DNA of 64,000 nt from Phoronis australis (GCA_002633005.1 NMRA01000235.1:236808-300807); one strand, 5' to 3'. Positions 12,632 through 27,597 are shown, counted from the first letter of the stretch. The notes: generated from the letters alone by a model not told the origin. Numbers and translations: made by a program.

Positions 12632-15600
12632 CTAAGAAAAATGAAAGTTATTTTAGTTCAGTGTAAGCACATCTACGACACCTAAAGAAATGTGATTTTT
12701 GGAAAATAAAATCGTTGCCTTTCTCGGATACGATCACAAGCAAATACTCCTGTCGTTGTGACGCAGTAGATGAGGACAAGTCAATTGACGATTTTTTGAT
12801 GAAAGAGTTTAAGCAAAGAACTGGCTGGCTAGTCCTTGGTCTTCTCTTTATTGGTCATCTTGGGCTCCTTGTTGTTATCGGTCATATTGTTGCATTTCTG
12901 CCTGACCTTTGGGGTTTGTTAACTTGCTGTATTAGCCTTCTTGTACATCACTGCTACCGTAGAAGAGGCGAATACCGCGAATTTGACAGAGTCTACGTGG
13001 ACATTGAGTTGTGCTATACGGGCAAAGTCGTATTTTAACCAGTTTTAGGTTGCGAAGAGACAAAATACCGAATTTCCACAATCCCTGGAAAACCTAGATA
13101 GGACAACGAGGTCGATTGTATCTAGCCATGAACACTAGGATTAGATGGTGAACTGAATCGTTAATGAACTGATTAAGTCTCGACAAAGATATGTGACTAA
13201 TGACAAGAGGTGGAATCTTACTAATAGCCGAGTTACAACATGACGGTAAATTATCTGTCGTAATTAGAGCGTTTTACCGGCAAGAGTCTTGTTATTACAA
13301 CCTTAAATTGTCAGCTTCTCTGTGACTCAATTCGCATAGCTAAATTAGATGTTCGGATGTTAAATTGATACTTTGATAATCACCCCTCATGTCGTTGCGC
13401 AATCTTTAAACTCAGCTTGATTTTTCGGTCATAAATACGGATTAATGCTTTAAACCTTTCAAGGCCTGACTGTGCAATTTTTTTAGAGCAAAGTCTTAGT
13501 TTTAATTTAATTTCAATATTAGGCAGTGTGCAAGTCATGAAATAAGTGATTTTGTTAAACGCACATAGGAGTAGATAAGTTCACTAAAAAGACACACATG
13601 CACAGCTCTGAAGGTGGTACCCCATTTTTTTATTTCTCTCGACGTTTTGTCAGCAAAAGGTTCACATCGACTGAATTCGAGACCCCCATTTTCAAGGCTG
13701 GGTGCGCGCATGGTATCAATACAATACAGTGTAGTACAATACAATATTTCATTTTTAATCTCAAGTTTATATGTCAATTATTTCGATTTTATTTCTGTGA
13801 CAAATATTGTATGTAATTTACAGCACTCCCTAAACTCATCTTCTTCATCAGGTAAAATTATTTTTGTAAAAGTACCGATTTCTCGAACTGTAACCAAATT
13901 ATACGATTTGTAATTACACTTTTCAAATTCAAATTTTCTTCGTTGATAATGTCTCTGTTAACTTAATTAAAAGGAAGCGTAGAAATGCTTTTACATTTCT
14001 CAAGACTTGATGAGTGAGTTCTCGCGGTCGTCACCGCGGGCGTCGTCTGTGAATGAACCGGAAATTGCTTGGCATGTGTCGCAAAAATTGACGGACACTC
14101 GTGGACTAATAGAATTTTAATAACTGAAATTTGATAAATCACAGCATTCGCAAAGCATTTCAACTGGTTAACTGAAACCATGGTTGTATAATGCGTTTAA
14201 TAGAATTTCCAATTAACCATTGATTTTTCAATGTAGTGTTAATATAATTTGCGGTCTTTCAGATCTCTTACTCATAGTTTGAATCCTATTTGATCGTATG
14301 TCGACGCATTATTTTCGATTATTTTTAATAAAACTCATTAAATTAGTATAGAATGTTCAATATACGCAATAAAGCTAACGTCCCACACTCAGATCCTTGT
14401 GTGTTCTTGGTCTAATGATATCTTTCAAGAATCTTTGTTTAAATCAATTAAGCACAATCGTTCCAGTCCATTTAAGACACTTAACAGTTTTAATATGAAA
14501 TATATTGAAAGCAAGGCACAGCGTGCGATGTGTTCCTTTAATTAACCAAGTCAATTGGAAATATATTCTAAATTGAATTTTAAATAGCTCTCAATTCGTG
14601 TGCACAGAGAGTGCGACTGAAGCGTTAGTTCCGATTTGCGCAAAATCGTTGGCGAGAATGATCAATTTCCTGAACACAAATTCTGAAAACATTGAACGAG
14701 CGCAGCATGTCTCGATTTTGAAAAGCTTCTCGTGTTGTTCATCACTGGGGACCCGCCGAGATAATGTGTTTTGTGTTGGCAGTAATACAGGATCGTTTTT
14801 TAATTTTGTGGCTTAGGCGTTTTCACCGAGGCAGCCAAGGACTGGACATACCTCACGGACATAAGACGACAAGTAACAAGGGAGATAAGTGACGTTAATG
14901 AATGGTTTTAATGTTGCATTTATTCCTGAAGCTCCTATCGTTAACGACTGGCTGATTTGTAACTGTACGGCTAATTTTCTGGATAATGTCAGCGGTCATC
15001 TTTTCTTAATCCGACCAATCAAATAAAAGGAGTTTTGTTGCGACCCATTCATAAGTCCCGCGGACTGACACGAATGAACGTATGCTGATCCTAATTCGAT
15101 ATAATTTCCATCGCATAATCGTGTAAGAGTGACGCGATGCGAGAGATATATTATAACAACTTGTCATGTAAGGCATCCAAGAATTGTGTATATTGTAACT
15201 AAACAAAACTGCAACGCATGTATCGAACTAGATCCATTCCCAGGCTACCGAAGGACACTCATCCTGAATCTAATAGAAGCCATCCTCTGACAGAATAGGA
15301 GTTTAGGAAAGGTGAAACTTATAAATGCTGGATCTTCAATAGAAATGTTATGCTTTTTTACAACCTTGGAGCGGGCGATTGACAAAAGCATAATTGTTTT
15401 CTGCGTGCTTGCGTTTCCCACTGGCATAAAAGTTATTCTTCAATTGTAGTGGTCGTTTAGTCGCGACACCGCAAGAATTTTAAACAATCAAATGTTAAGC
15501 TTCTATTTTAAAAACCTATGAATTGATATCGTGTTGAATTATCATCGGTTACAACTAAAGGGGTCTCTGTCAAAATTTGTTTCAGGTAGTTTTTCACACA

Positions 15601-15635
15601 ATGAATTAGATTGTACGCCAAAAAACAGTCTCTAC

Positions 15636-15773
15636 CTGCACGCGCGCTTCGCTGAGATCCAACCGCATTGCCAGATCCTCCCGTGTAAACACATCCGGGT
15701 ACTGTGTCTTTTCAAACGCCCTCTCGAGTTGATGAAGTTGGTAGGTGGTAAATGTTGTGCGATTCCTTCGTAC
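15636..15773 (-). CDS. Hbn: Homeobrain exon 3: homeodomain residues 1-46 ([46 protein letters not shown])
   Basis: Acceptor ctcctttcgtgtgcag and donor CAG|gtaga. The intron at homeodomain 46/47 is the PRD-class position. [35 protein letters not shown] is the Homeobrain-type sequence, whereas Rx has HELERAFEKSHYPDV. Confidence 0.93.
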
Positions 15774-15993
15774 CTGCACACGAAAGGAGAATACTGCACT
15801 TGCTAACGTGAGAAGAAAATGTGATTAACTTGATTCATTTTTATGTCCAAGAAGAGTGAATTACTGATACTCACGCTGCAACACTGTCAAAATTCCTGAC
15901 CGCTTTATAATTCAGATAAGTTTTCAACTAAAAAGGAATAAATTGTAAGTTTGTGAAACAAGAATTATGTGTCATCCTACAGAAAAGGCTCAC

Positions 15994-16112
15994 CTTTCTT
16001 GGTTTGTCAGCGTTTTCGTTGTTTTCTTCGTCGCTGAAACTTCGACTGTCGTAGTCGATACTGACACTAGATGGCGACATCTGTGGGCTAAAAGCGGGTG
16101 GGCTACCAGTAT
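15994..16112 (-). CDS. Hbn: Homeobrain exon 2 (D-TGSPPAFSPQMSPSSVSIDYDSRSFSDEENNENADKPRK)
   Basis: Acceptor tgtttcag and donor AAG|gtgag. 119 nt = 2+117, in phase with exons 1 and 3. Confidence 0.88.
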
Positions 16113-19100
16113 CTGAAACACAACGTCAACAAATATTAAAGTAGACCCACGTACGCTGACTTGAAACAGACCATTACATCGACCACCATGATTATTTCTA
16201 TTTCTATTTTGTTGCTGTGCGTTACGGAAGATAACTGAATCATGCTATGCATCACTTACCAATATATGCCCGTTGTCAAAGTAAATATTTAAATGCCATG
16301 TGAAATTGATAGAAACTAACGCTCTTTTTCTCCATTCCTGATGATGGTCGCATTTCTGAAGCGTGAAACTTTTTATTGCTCGCCGCACAGAACAGAGCCT
16401 CCTAGTGGTATTATTTTGAAGGCAATTATATCAATTTTTGACTTTGCAGGTGTTCGCTAAAGGCGCCACGAGACGATCCCCGGCTGGGAGGTCCTACTTA
16501 ATTAGACGACGTGACACCTCACAGCTACTAACTATGCAATACACTGCATTCATTGATGTTAATTAAAAATCAATCGATTACGCATTGTTGATCTCTGACA
16601 TAGAGTATCGGTAACTCTCACCACCGAACTCAGATTTAGTGAAAGAATTACGGTCGGAAAAGACACCTAAATTTGTTGAACAGAAATGTCGCAAGTTGAT
16701 TTTAGAGTAAACTACTTTCATCGTTTTGAAAAACCTCGTAGTGAGTGTGAAAGAACAATTCCATTTCCAAATCGTCTTCATCTGAATATCATAAATCTGC
16801 GCTGAGTATACACACATATATAAATATATATATATATGTATGTATATATATAATTACATATATCGCGACATCTTGCTTCAAGTTGATGTTGCGTTTTTGG
16901 GCGGTTGTCGTGACTACGTAACGCTTATCGGTTCTTGTATGTACAGAAATAGTACAACGGTAACAACGAGGACAACAATTTCCGACGAGAGGAATGCGCA
17001 AAATCACCCATGTGTTCAGATTCACGCGACACAAATTCTGTGAAAAACTTTTGATTTGCACCATTTGCCGTTGTACAATTGGTCTCGGCTTTTTCGTTGG
17101 GCTAATTAGAAGCGACTTCTGGACAGGCTCAATACGGCTTGACCACTGGTCATTCCATGCTCCAAGACTATTCTCAAGCAATAGCGAGCTGCAAGTTCTT
17201 CGAAAACTCAAACATTTACTTCTTATCAGAGTAAAACAGCATTAAAGAGAAGTGGTCGATATCAAGAATCGTTATTTTTTCGACAGGCGGCGTGTTTACG
17301 AGTCTTAGGCGCCCGTTCTTGCTCATTAATCCCGCCATTTTGATACTTTTGTCGTCTGCTTGCCACTTGGATGAATTGACTTTCATATAAAGAGCTTTGT
17401 ATACACAATAGCAAACTTTCTTCCTAATTAGGAGGGTATTAGGAGGGTATACGGGCCATAGAATAATCCCTCATGTTACTTGACCATCACGACATCATAA
17501 GCCAATTTGTAGCTCTATCTGAACCTATTGTACAATATACTGTTTGATCCCACCGTTACTTGTACAACAATGGTCCAATAGCGAAATGTTTACCGTACTT
17601 TGCCTGAGTATTGTGTCACCAGTCATAGGCGGTGTTATATTGACGTTCTAATTAACAGGACCAGCGCTACCAATGCTTGAGATAGATAATTGATAATTCT
17701 TGAACAAAGGAGCGCTTAATTACTGTGATCTAATTCATAGATATGCAATGTTTATTTGTGCAACTGTTGTCATTGACGATTATCTGTAAACAACAACATT
17801 TGGACTTTATGAAGAAACAACAGTTTATCGATTTCCGTTTGCCCAAATTTAACTGTTTAGCACGCATTGTAAGTTACTGGTTCACTTAAAGATCTAGACC
17901 TTAATGAGTCAACTAATTCATGGAAATACGAAGCATGTTATTCGATGTAATACTGACTCCGCTAAAATTACTTTCACCAGAAGGCTTGATACCGCTCAAC
18001 TGAAGTTAAAAAAATCCAGTATGTTACGACCATGGTTATGTTGTGAAGAGTAAAACGGCAAACCGCTGTTTAATTATTAAGGCATTAAGTGAAGGACAAA
18101 GAGAGAATATACAAAGCTAATTGCGATTACGTAATAAACACAACATGAGGGCTATGAATATGACGGTCATTAAAAGTTTTAAAAGAGATGCGAGTTAATT
18201 AGTAGAAGTAGACGCAGACGATTTGAATAGTGTTATAATTGAAATCAAAGGGTTATTAATTTTCATGAGGCGGCAACCTCTAAATAATGCATTAATGTAC
18301 TTGATAAGTTATTATTTTATAATTTAACGAATTCTAATTACCCTCTCTCAGCGAGGATCGAAGACAGAGCGAGTGGATGGTCTGACTGAATGGTTTATTT
18401 GAGGTGTAAAAATCCATTTCAATGCACAACGGATTATGGCGCAACTTCTGACGACAATCGGATGTCCTTGGTAAACGTGTGAGGCATAGCTAATGACTGC
18501 TCTCAGAGGAAGAAGTCACGAAATGAGCCACCGTGACGAACGAGGCACACTCGTGTTACAGCCGTACAGGTGTTTTCACCAGATGATTGTGTCTTATACT
18601 AAGTACATAATCTGGTGCACTGGGCTGCGTTGAAAATCTAACGGCTATGACATTCAAGGCAATATACAGAACGATTGCTTCTAATGCGACACCGGGTTTG
18701 TGGGAGCCAATATGCTTGAATTGTTTTCTATTTTCTTAATTTTAGCACGTAATTTGAAAATAAACAAGCATTTTCGGGCTATCGTGTTATCGAAGCTAAA
18801 CAACTCTTAGGCTCGTAAGATATTCATTTCCTTTAATCGGTTACAGTTTTTGATCTCTCGGAATTGTTTTTGATCAACTATATGATAATACTACAAATAC
18901 CAAATAATTGCTGTTTGCTCAATACGCTACGTCACTCCAGGTTTGTTTCCAAAATGTGTTTTACATGCTGAGTTAAATTCCGTGAAACATATACAATAAC
19001 TCTATCACTGAGAAATATATCAATACAGTTTTCAATACAGTGTAGGTACTATCTAACTCAACATAGAATTCGTACTAATATTCGTTAACAAGAACATGGC

Positions 19101-19128
19101 GGCATATTTTCTTTACCTATGTACTCAC

Positions 19129-19246
19129 CTGGGTGTGGAACACGATTGCTACCAAGAATACTGTCGATGCTGTATGATATTCTTTTAGGCGACTTCGTTT
19201 CGGAGCTGAATGCTGTCAAATTTTGTTTTTCAGCTGTCGATTCCAT
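19129..19246 (-). CDS. Hbn: Homeobrain exon 1 (MESTAEKQ...SYSIDSILG...PHP), with eh1/octapeptide YSIDSILG
   Basis: Kozak context CACCATGG and donor CAG|gtgagt. 118 nt, phase 1, matching exon 2. Total protein 286 aa. Confidence 0.9.
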
Positions 19247-19384
19247 GGTGTTGGACGCTGGAAGAAGGAATGTAGCTACCGTCTAAATGTAAGATCTCGC
19301 GAGACAAATATCGTAACTACAGCGTGTCACTTGAAAAGCGTGTTTCCCAAAGTCAGTGATACCTGTAGAGAGTTGTGTGGTGAT

Positions 19385-19500
19385 ACTGATTTCCCGAGTG
19401 TGTAAACTGTATATTATATCTCAATATCGTAATCGCCTATTGTCGCTAGCTTATTGTTCGTCAATCAACAGTCAAGGGTTTCCCGCTCTCTGATTGGTCA
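19385..19500 (-). promoter_or_regulatory. Putative Hbn core promoter: Inr TCAGT (+1 at ~19387), TATA-like TATAATA at -31 (19412-19418), CCAAT box (~19493-19497)
   Basis: Motifs read on the - strand with canonical TATA-Inr spacing, ~140 nt upstream of the ATG. Confidence 0.55.
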
Positions 19501-21411
19501 ACAGATATGTCATTGAATATCCGTGTCGCTACAAACTGGGGCTCGCGATGGAGTCGTTCTTATGGCAATATCCAGCAAACGAAATCGAATAATCACATAA
19601 TAATGTAAAATCGATAATCGAGTATAAAGTTAAGAGGAAATTACAAAGCACGTGCTTTGCTTTTTGAAAGAAGTTCATTTCAACCTGAAATTTACCACGA
19701 GATTATTTCAATGGTTGTTTGTTGGTGATAGAAATGTTATATCTGAAAACTATTGTAAAACTGTTTTCTAAATTAATATACGCTATTTTTCCAATCTTAA
19801 TTATTCATTATCTCCCCTGCTTGCTGTTCTGTCTGTAAGAAGCGCTTTCAGACTTTAGTAATTCTGCCAGGATACACGAAAATCTCGTTTTTGAACGTGT
19901 TAACAGCATTGGTATATCTTGGATTTGTGAACATTTGTAGTTTTCTGAAATGTATGCATTTTTTCTTTAGATAACTTAAAAGTATACGTGTCTATAATCG
20001 GAATTCGGTACATAGTATTTATTTATAACTATTTAATTTGCTAAACAGTTTTTTGTTAATATTACCCAAACGTCACTGTGGTCTCTCCATCCTAACCATG
20101 CCGTCTCTTGCAGAGCTCTCTCGAGGGGCCGTGACCAACAGAGGTCTATCCTCTAATGGCCAATTACCTGTGATTATACCCCCGATGTATCTCCTGGTTG
20201 GCCAGGGAGCGGCCAAAGTTGTTTTGAGAAAATAATCCACCCTTAATCTTTTCTGGCTATGAGACGCCTGTTATTCACGCAATTACGCCTCCTTTAAGAA
20301 TTAACAACCCGGGTTGCATAGCTGTCATTTATTATAATATTACCTGGAGTGAAATGAGTTAATGTTAAGAAGCATGTGAAACAAGCTGAGCCATCAAATT
20401 GCCACGAGTACCAGAGGGGGTTCTTCGAATAGGGATCTGTAAAATTAGGATAAACACGGTGAGAATGAAGGCGGTAGGCTTATGCATGTAATCTGACTAA
20501 ATTGTCACGGTTATTTACGTTCGGAGATGACGCTAATTGGACACAATGAGTTTGTGAAATCATCGGTTTTCGCCTGCTGCGATAGTCATGCCTCGGCCTA
20601 CCAGATCTTTTCTGTTTTTCCACTCGGAATGTTCGAGGGAATTCTTATTACATTCCGAGCCGTGTCCATGCTCTGTAATCTCCTTTAAGCCGTGTCAACG
20701 GTTTAAGGTGACATCTTTGCTTCTGATATCAAATCGCACGATACAATCGCTAAAGAGAATAAAGTAAAAGGCGATTGAAACGACACAATGCAATGAATTA
20801 AAGGAACTCCCGCAACAAACCAAGCGTATCGTCAGTTTAGCTTTTGTTAAAAAGTGTGACGTCACTTCCGCAGAGCTAATGTATCATGTAAGTTTTTATG
20901 TTTAACCGTTCTCTATTCTCCTGAAGAACAACTGTTTATTGACAAAAGATGAGAAAACACTGCATGAATACGGACCAGCTTTAACCAATTTGGTTGAATT
21001 TTGTTTCAGAAACGTGGAAATCAATACAAATTTATACGAAGTTATCCGTTAAAATGACTAAAATTGCCAAGACATGCTTTTGAGCTAGAGTCGTACTGAG
21101 GTTACTACAGTTGGTACGAAACTACAACAGCCGGAGATGAGAGGGTTTAACTTCAGTTGGCGAGGGGTGGGGTGGTCAGTATGTAGAACATAATGAAGGT
21201 ACACTCCCGCCCTTGCCATATTAAATGACAACATAGATTTACAATTTTCACCAAAATACGGAAACTAAGGACTTCTCGCCGAAATATCGATTAATTTTCT
21301 AGTGGTTTTCAATTAGTTTTCTGATTTTTGACGTGTTAAGAAAATCGACAACATTTCTTGAGAACTGCACTGTACATTACTCTCATTTATGAAGAACAAA
21401 TTCATTATTAA

Positions 21412-21421
21412 TATCATCATT

Positions 21422-21478
<57 letters not shown>

Positions 21479-21513
21479 GTCATCATCATCATCATCATCA
21501 CCATCATCATCAT
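21412..21513. repeat. (ATC)n microsatellite
   Basis: Direct observation; source of the spurious poly-M and poly-I ORFs. Confidence 0.97.
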
Positions 21514-24500
21514 GGTACCGCCATGGCTTCTAATCCAACAACATTATGACTTTCCTGTTTACCAACTACTACTAAGAAGATTGGTTGGCTAATTTTCTGT
21601 TCTAACTAATTTTCATGGTTCGCTCATAATGAATACAGATAATTTGCAACTCCACTAATTATCTACGCATCATGACGTCACATAATTTACTTGGTAACTC
21701 ACCAGGGCACGGGATTTAACGAAGTAGATTCTAAATCGCAGTTATTCCCAGATAATTTCGGGGGTCGTTTTCGAGAAGTGGTCTCGCTGACGAAAACTTA
21801 TCGCCATAATAACATAATCGTTCAGTGGCAGTGATAATTAAACGTGGCTGCCCTTGCGTGCATTGCTCATAACTTGCACGGGATAAACTTAATGGAAGAG
21901 CTTGTAATCATTTCTCTAATACCTTTCTCCTAATTAACCGTGGTTAGATTCTAGTCATGTCGACTAATTGCTTAATTTAACGATGTACGTGCAGAGATCT
22001 ATGGCAAAATTAGCTAGTGAGTCCACTGAGGCCCAGATCAAATACAATAGGACCCCCGCTCAGGAGATCACGTGACCCACTTTCAATACGTCGTACAAGG
22101 TAATATCTCGCGGAAACTTTTGCATGGTCTAGAAAAACTCGCTAGTAACTTACCATCATTTACCGTACATGTCCATATTTAGATCGACGCTTCAATATTC
22201 GAAATGTTTATTTCTGCATTTAGCTAATGTTTGTTCGAGTATTTCTCAAATAAAATGAAATCGCGAATGCTTCATTTAATTATCCGGGAGCAGTTGTGTG
22301 GCGTATATCACGTGTGGGTTCTAACGTCGATGTTTTGTGTGCTTTTTATTCATGTTTCGTTTTTGAAAGGTATAGTGGCCTTGTTAAACGCCCAACACAG
22401 TGCCTACTGGAACTAGACACGTAACCCGTCTGAAGAACCTACAGACACACTCCACAAGGTTGTTAAACCTCAGGAACACAATATTGCGAATTAAAATCGT
22501 ACCTGTGAAAGTTGCAAGGCCTAAATAAAGCAAAACACAGCAATACCAGTTCCTAACCGAAACAGAAAAAGTCATTTGATGAAAGAATTCGGCTGTATAT
22601 GCAGAAATGTAAACATTTTCCACACAAATGTCTTGCTCTCGAAACCATGCTATTGCTAAGAAAACTGCCGTAAGTTGATGGCGTGATTTGTGAAAAAAAG
22701 TCAAAGGTTAATTCCTGGTGATCACATACTTACTTGAATGTCATTGGCTAATTCCTGATGATTACATAGTTTTTACTTGAATGCCATTGGTTGATTTAGA
22801 AACAAGAGCAACTCTTGAGATTTTATTCTAGCAGAAACAAAATCAGACGTCGACGTCTCTATTTTGGAGATGCTCTTTTCATTGACAAATTTCTTTAATT
22901 TGGGTTGCTAATTCTTGTGCAGGACACGTGACCAGAAATTTATAGAGGGTGATTATTTTACAATCCAGTTATATTTTTAAAACTATTGTGAAGGTCGCAC
23001 ATTCTACACATTTTTCAAATTTCTAATATTCACTGCTATACCATCGTAATTTTTCCCTTGTTTTCCAAGTGTTTCACAAGTGATGTTAATGACAGTTGTC
23101 ATTTCGAACATAAAACTTCATTCGGGATTTTAGCCGCATGACTCAGTGAGGATCCGACGTCATTGTCTAAATGCGATGTATTTTTCTCATGTCAAGGAGC
23201 GCGCACTTAGTCACTAGGTCGACAGATAACGCTGACTCGAGAACGTTAGGTTCATTGTCTCCTGCACAGATCCTCTGGATTGGCTTCAGTCACACGTCCA
23301 CGTAGGAGCGTGAGCCTTGGGAAGCAGGACACGCTTCCTCACTGCCCTGGAAGGCTTCCGGTTGGTAGTTGCTTCCAATGGACTAATCGAAGGCCAAGTT
23401 ACGATGCAAAGGCAGCTGCTATTCAGATTTATACCACGTGGCGGTGTTCTCACACTTTGTGCTCGAATCTTTTTCCAGAAGCACACATGAGAGACACTCA
23501 TGAAAAGTGACATCTGTCGGTGTGTTGCAAGGAGCCTTGCACGGCGGCCCCACTGGCATTGGCCAGTTAGAATAATAAGCTTGCGACCAATTAAGTTCGC
23601 CAAATGACAGAATTAATTAGTGTTTGGGATCGAACACGTTTTGGTTAACCGTGATATACTGGTAATTATTTCTCCATTATGTTGCGTAATGCTACAATGG
23701 TGATGGATGTCGTCGACGCTTGGGCCGACGTGTTGGCGAGATAGCTCTTGCACCAACGGCTTAATCGAACAGAACAAAACAAGGTTAAATAATTGAGTTT
23801 TGAAATATGCTTATTATGCCGCAACAGAATTTCTGAACTAAGCTTCAATGAGTCAAAGTAAGCCTGCGTCAGTGTCTTGGGCTTCTTCACGGCTTTGAAC
23901 AGCAAAATGTACCGTTTGCTTTCAGTCACTTGTAGCTTGTACGTAACTTTTGTCGTGCAGCATTGGTGACTACCTTCAGTTGGAAGTGAGCGTGAGAATG
24001 TTGTGCCGGGCATCACGTGACACTTACGTCCGACCATGCAGCTGGTGACAAAACACTTTTAGTAGTCTAGTTTTGTTTTCGCTTTGCTTCACTGACCACT
24101 AAACAGAATGATATGCACTTTTAATTCACAGACTGATAAGATGGATCTGATTAGCAATATCCGGGTACTCTGATATACATGCAGTATGAATAGTAATTGT
24201 CTTCAAAAGAAGCCCTAAGTATCACCGTTGTCAGAAACCACTGATTTGTTAACAACGTATCTGGTGGTAACCAAGGAGATCGTGATATTTTCACGCAACC
24301 AAAGAATATCAGTAACTGAAGAGAAAATTTTATTATTTAATAAAAATTACTGATTACTGACGTTTTAGTCTCAGTCCGTGGGTTCACGTAGTCAGCGTAG
24401 CCTGGGTGCTCACAAATTAAAACGATTCGAAACAGGATTTTGAAAAAATAAGTAAATCGTCGATTACGAATGGTTCAACTTGAATATAATTGCCAGAATT

Positions 24501-27500
24501 TACATACTCAGTCTGCTGCGTCGCCCTCTAGTGGGGGAGGCTGCACAGCCCGAGTCTTGTTCTTTTTTAGTTGCACCGGCAAGCTCTCTCGTGACTCACA
24601 ACTCTGAGAGTACCAATGTACACAGAACGCTGTCAAAATGGCTAAGAGGCCCTCCATGGTTCAGCCTATCCTAACACGGCTAACAGACAAGTACTCTTAA
24701 TTGGATAAAAGAGACCGGGACTAAATCCAATCGAAGAAATCAAATTGAAAAGCACTCGTTTGTTTAGTCTTTATTCGCTGGCTAACTCTGCGGTATTAAA
24801 GCTTAGTACGCCTCACTCTATTTGCTCTTTCAACGATCTTGTTTGGTAAACACTCATCTCGCGGATTAACTGTTTAGAGAAAACATACAGGGGAGGTGCG
24901 AATGGGCGTAAGACAGGCATGGCTTAGACATGTTATCGTAAACCTTCTACGTGCTTTAGGACTACTTGCATCTCCTGTTGATATCAAATTTATTGTTCAT
25001 ACTACTGGGCAAACGATTGTGAAGTTTGTCTTACACAATTTACAGCTCATCGAGTCATATAAATAACATTACAGATAAAGATTCCCGAACCCAAACGGAT
25101 TATTCACAACTTTGGACTTTTAAGGACAAAATATATAACAATGCTTTAGATTTGAACGGGTTGGAATGGTCTACATTTAGGCAACGCTAGATTGTTTCGT
25201 GTCAATTACTCAATCTCTTTGATTGTAGGAAGACAATCGGTGCGAATTTTTTGACCAGTTTATGAGAGTTTATCAACCTATTGTTATGATTTTTACAGCA
25301 TTATAATTCTCATGTGCAGTAGTATAGAATTGACCGAAAATTAATTAGCATTTTTTATTTTTTCACAAGTTAATTAACGTAGGATTCTAGAATTTCCTCA
25401 CTCTCAAACTTTGCCACCTGCATCAGCCAAACGGGGGCAGCAGAGAATTCCTTGGGACCATTGGTATGAACTTTGACGAATTTGTGCTCTCAATTAGTGC
25501 GTTTGATCTGTGAAATTTTTGCCAGTCAGAATCAGAATGATTAAATTTGATCCCTCGTCTCAGAACGCCTTCAGTCATAACTATTTATTTGGAAATAGAA
25601 ACAAATTTATTTTGCTATATTTTGGTATATTAAAATCTGAGTTCTATTAGAATGTTGAATACATACTGGTTAGTGCGCTGGACTTTTTATAAAATCGTCC
25701 ATTTTTGAAATATGGTATTTTTGAGGTAGGCACAGATTATCCAGGGAATTTCAAACGTAAATGAATTCTTGCAAAAAACGATGAGGGGCTAAGTACTGGA
25801 AAAACATTTTAAAGGTTTAATGAAACCATGAACACTTTTCGGAAAAAGTAGTTTTCACATGTTTCTTTAAATTTGAAGAAGGATGAAATATCATGATTCT
25901 AAAATTTAGAACACATAATTATTTCTACTAACACTATATTGTTGGCCTCAGAAGTGCTAATTTTTCCATAGAAATTTACTACTTTTTATTTTTTTCTCTC
26001 ATAAAATGTCCCATCGTTTTTTGGCACTAAGTTTAATATCTCTTAAATACACGATCATTAGTACGTGTGACATAATATGCTATGTACACAAGTTATGAGG
26101 AACACATTCTGAGTTCAAAGGTAAAATTCTTAGCCTTTTGGAAGAATATTAAATCTTCGTCCTATTTATTCTTCGAAACAAATTTCGTAAAATGTTTTCA
26201 ATTTCGTTGCGTTGTCTCATCCTCGGTTTCTGCAGGCTCGAGGAATCAGATTAACCGATGCACAATAAACAGGAGAACACATTAAGTCGCAATCAAATAT
26301 TAGAATTAAACAGTAAGTCTAAATACTAGTCAAGTTTTAATTTGATAACAGGAAGATAAATGGAATTACGGACTAAATCCTATTACCGGCCGTAGTAACC
26401 GTGAGTCTGGCGCGGTGTTTAGTATTCATGTCTGAGGTGTCAAACACCGGGAGGTTTGGTGGACGAACGAGTATACGAACTCAGTTTTCAGCTGGCTGGC
26501 GAAGTTGTTCAAGAAGTTTTATCGTCTGCACATTTTGTTGGCAAATTTGTTTCAGCTTAATATAACAAAAACGTCTCGGCTAAGAAATAAATGACAAAGT
26601 ATTAAACGCATGCTTGCCATACAAAAATTACCAAAATAACATTTAAAGCTCATTTATGTTGATTTTCGATCATATTCACTATAATTGATTTTTATCAAAT
26701 ATGTCATGTTGGATCGTCACGTCGGTGTTAGATCTGCAGATACTCAGTTGAAGCATAATGGCATGATCATTTTGATATTAAATCGTGTCACTTTGATGGA
26801 CGCGATGCTTACTGTTGGAACTACTCCTTGAGTGATAATATTTCCATTCATAACAAAACAAACCACGAATGCCCTCTTACCTGTTTGCGAGTGGTAGGCG
26901 GTTCTTTTTCTACATGTAATTCACTTACTCACACGAAAGACCCTAAAATGAATCTCTATAATCGTGAAAGTGATGGTTCTGCTTCTTCGGACAGATGAAA
27001 AAAATGAAAATGTACTTTTATAAATACCCCATGTCCAGTGGGTGCGTTCCAAGCAGACAACACACTCAATCGGTGCGTTCCAAGCAGACGACACACTCAA
27101 CTACTGTCGCCGGACAACAAACACTCGTATGCTGTCATTCCAATCGCGTTACGTAACGTGTTGACAATTAAATTATAGATTATAATATAATCTATCCATT
27201 CAAGCGCCTTTCGTCGGTCTCACTTGTGAACCAATAAGGGGAATTCATGTTAACTCACCTTGCCGTTTTCTTTTTTTAATAACATTGTCAATCCTCACAT
27301 GATTTCAACTGAATAAAATGCCGTCGCTTTGCGATGAACCCCGCTCGACATGTAAAAATACTGTATACGCATGTTTGAATAACACGTTGTTCACAGAGCT
27401 CTTGGCTAAAACTTGCCATTATATTTAAGCTCGAACACATCATTCCCTGGAATATTAAAGCTCCGGTCTAAGTTTGGATCTCGAAATCAAACTTGAAATT

Positions 27501-27597
27501 ATATTTGGCGTATTCCGTTCCACTTTTGTCCATGCATTCTCTGTGCTAGAGAACCCTATAGTTGAGACCGCGAGAGTTCCACATTCCTCTGTGGGGC

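Noticed and set aside
12715-13038. 107-aa hydrophobic ORF antisense within Hbn intron 3
   Set aside because: Non-ATG start, no recognisable family and no supporting splice structure.
16789-17245. Overlapping 140-aa and 83-aa ORFs in Hbn intron 1 as an extra exon
   Set aside because: Exons 1 and 2 already join in phase, the 140-aa ORF runs into a TA repeat, and neither has recognisable motifs.
12146-19246. Assignment of the homeobox gene to aristaless/Arx or Rx
   Set aside because: All share eh1 and OAR, but [33 protein letters not shown] matches Homeobrain and no Rx domain is evident.
21313-21592. Poly-Met and poly-Ile ORFs
   Set aside because: Translations of the (ATC)n microsatellite.
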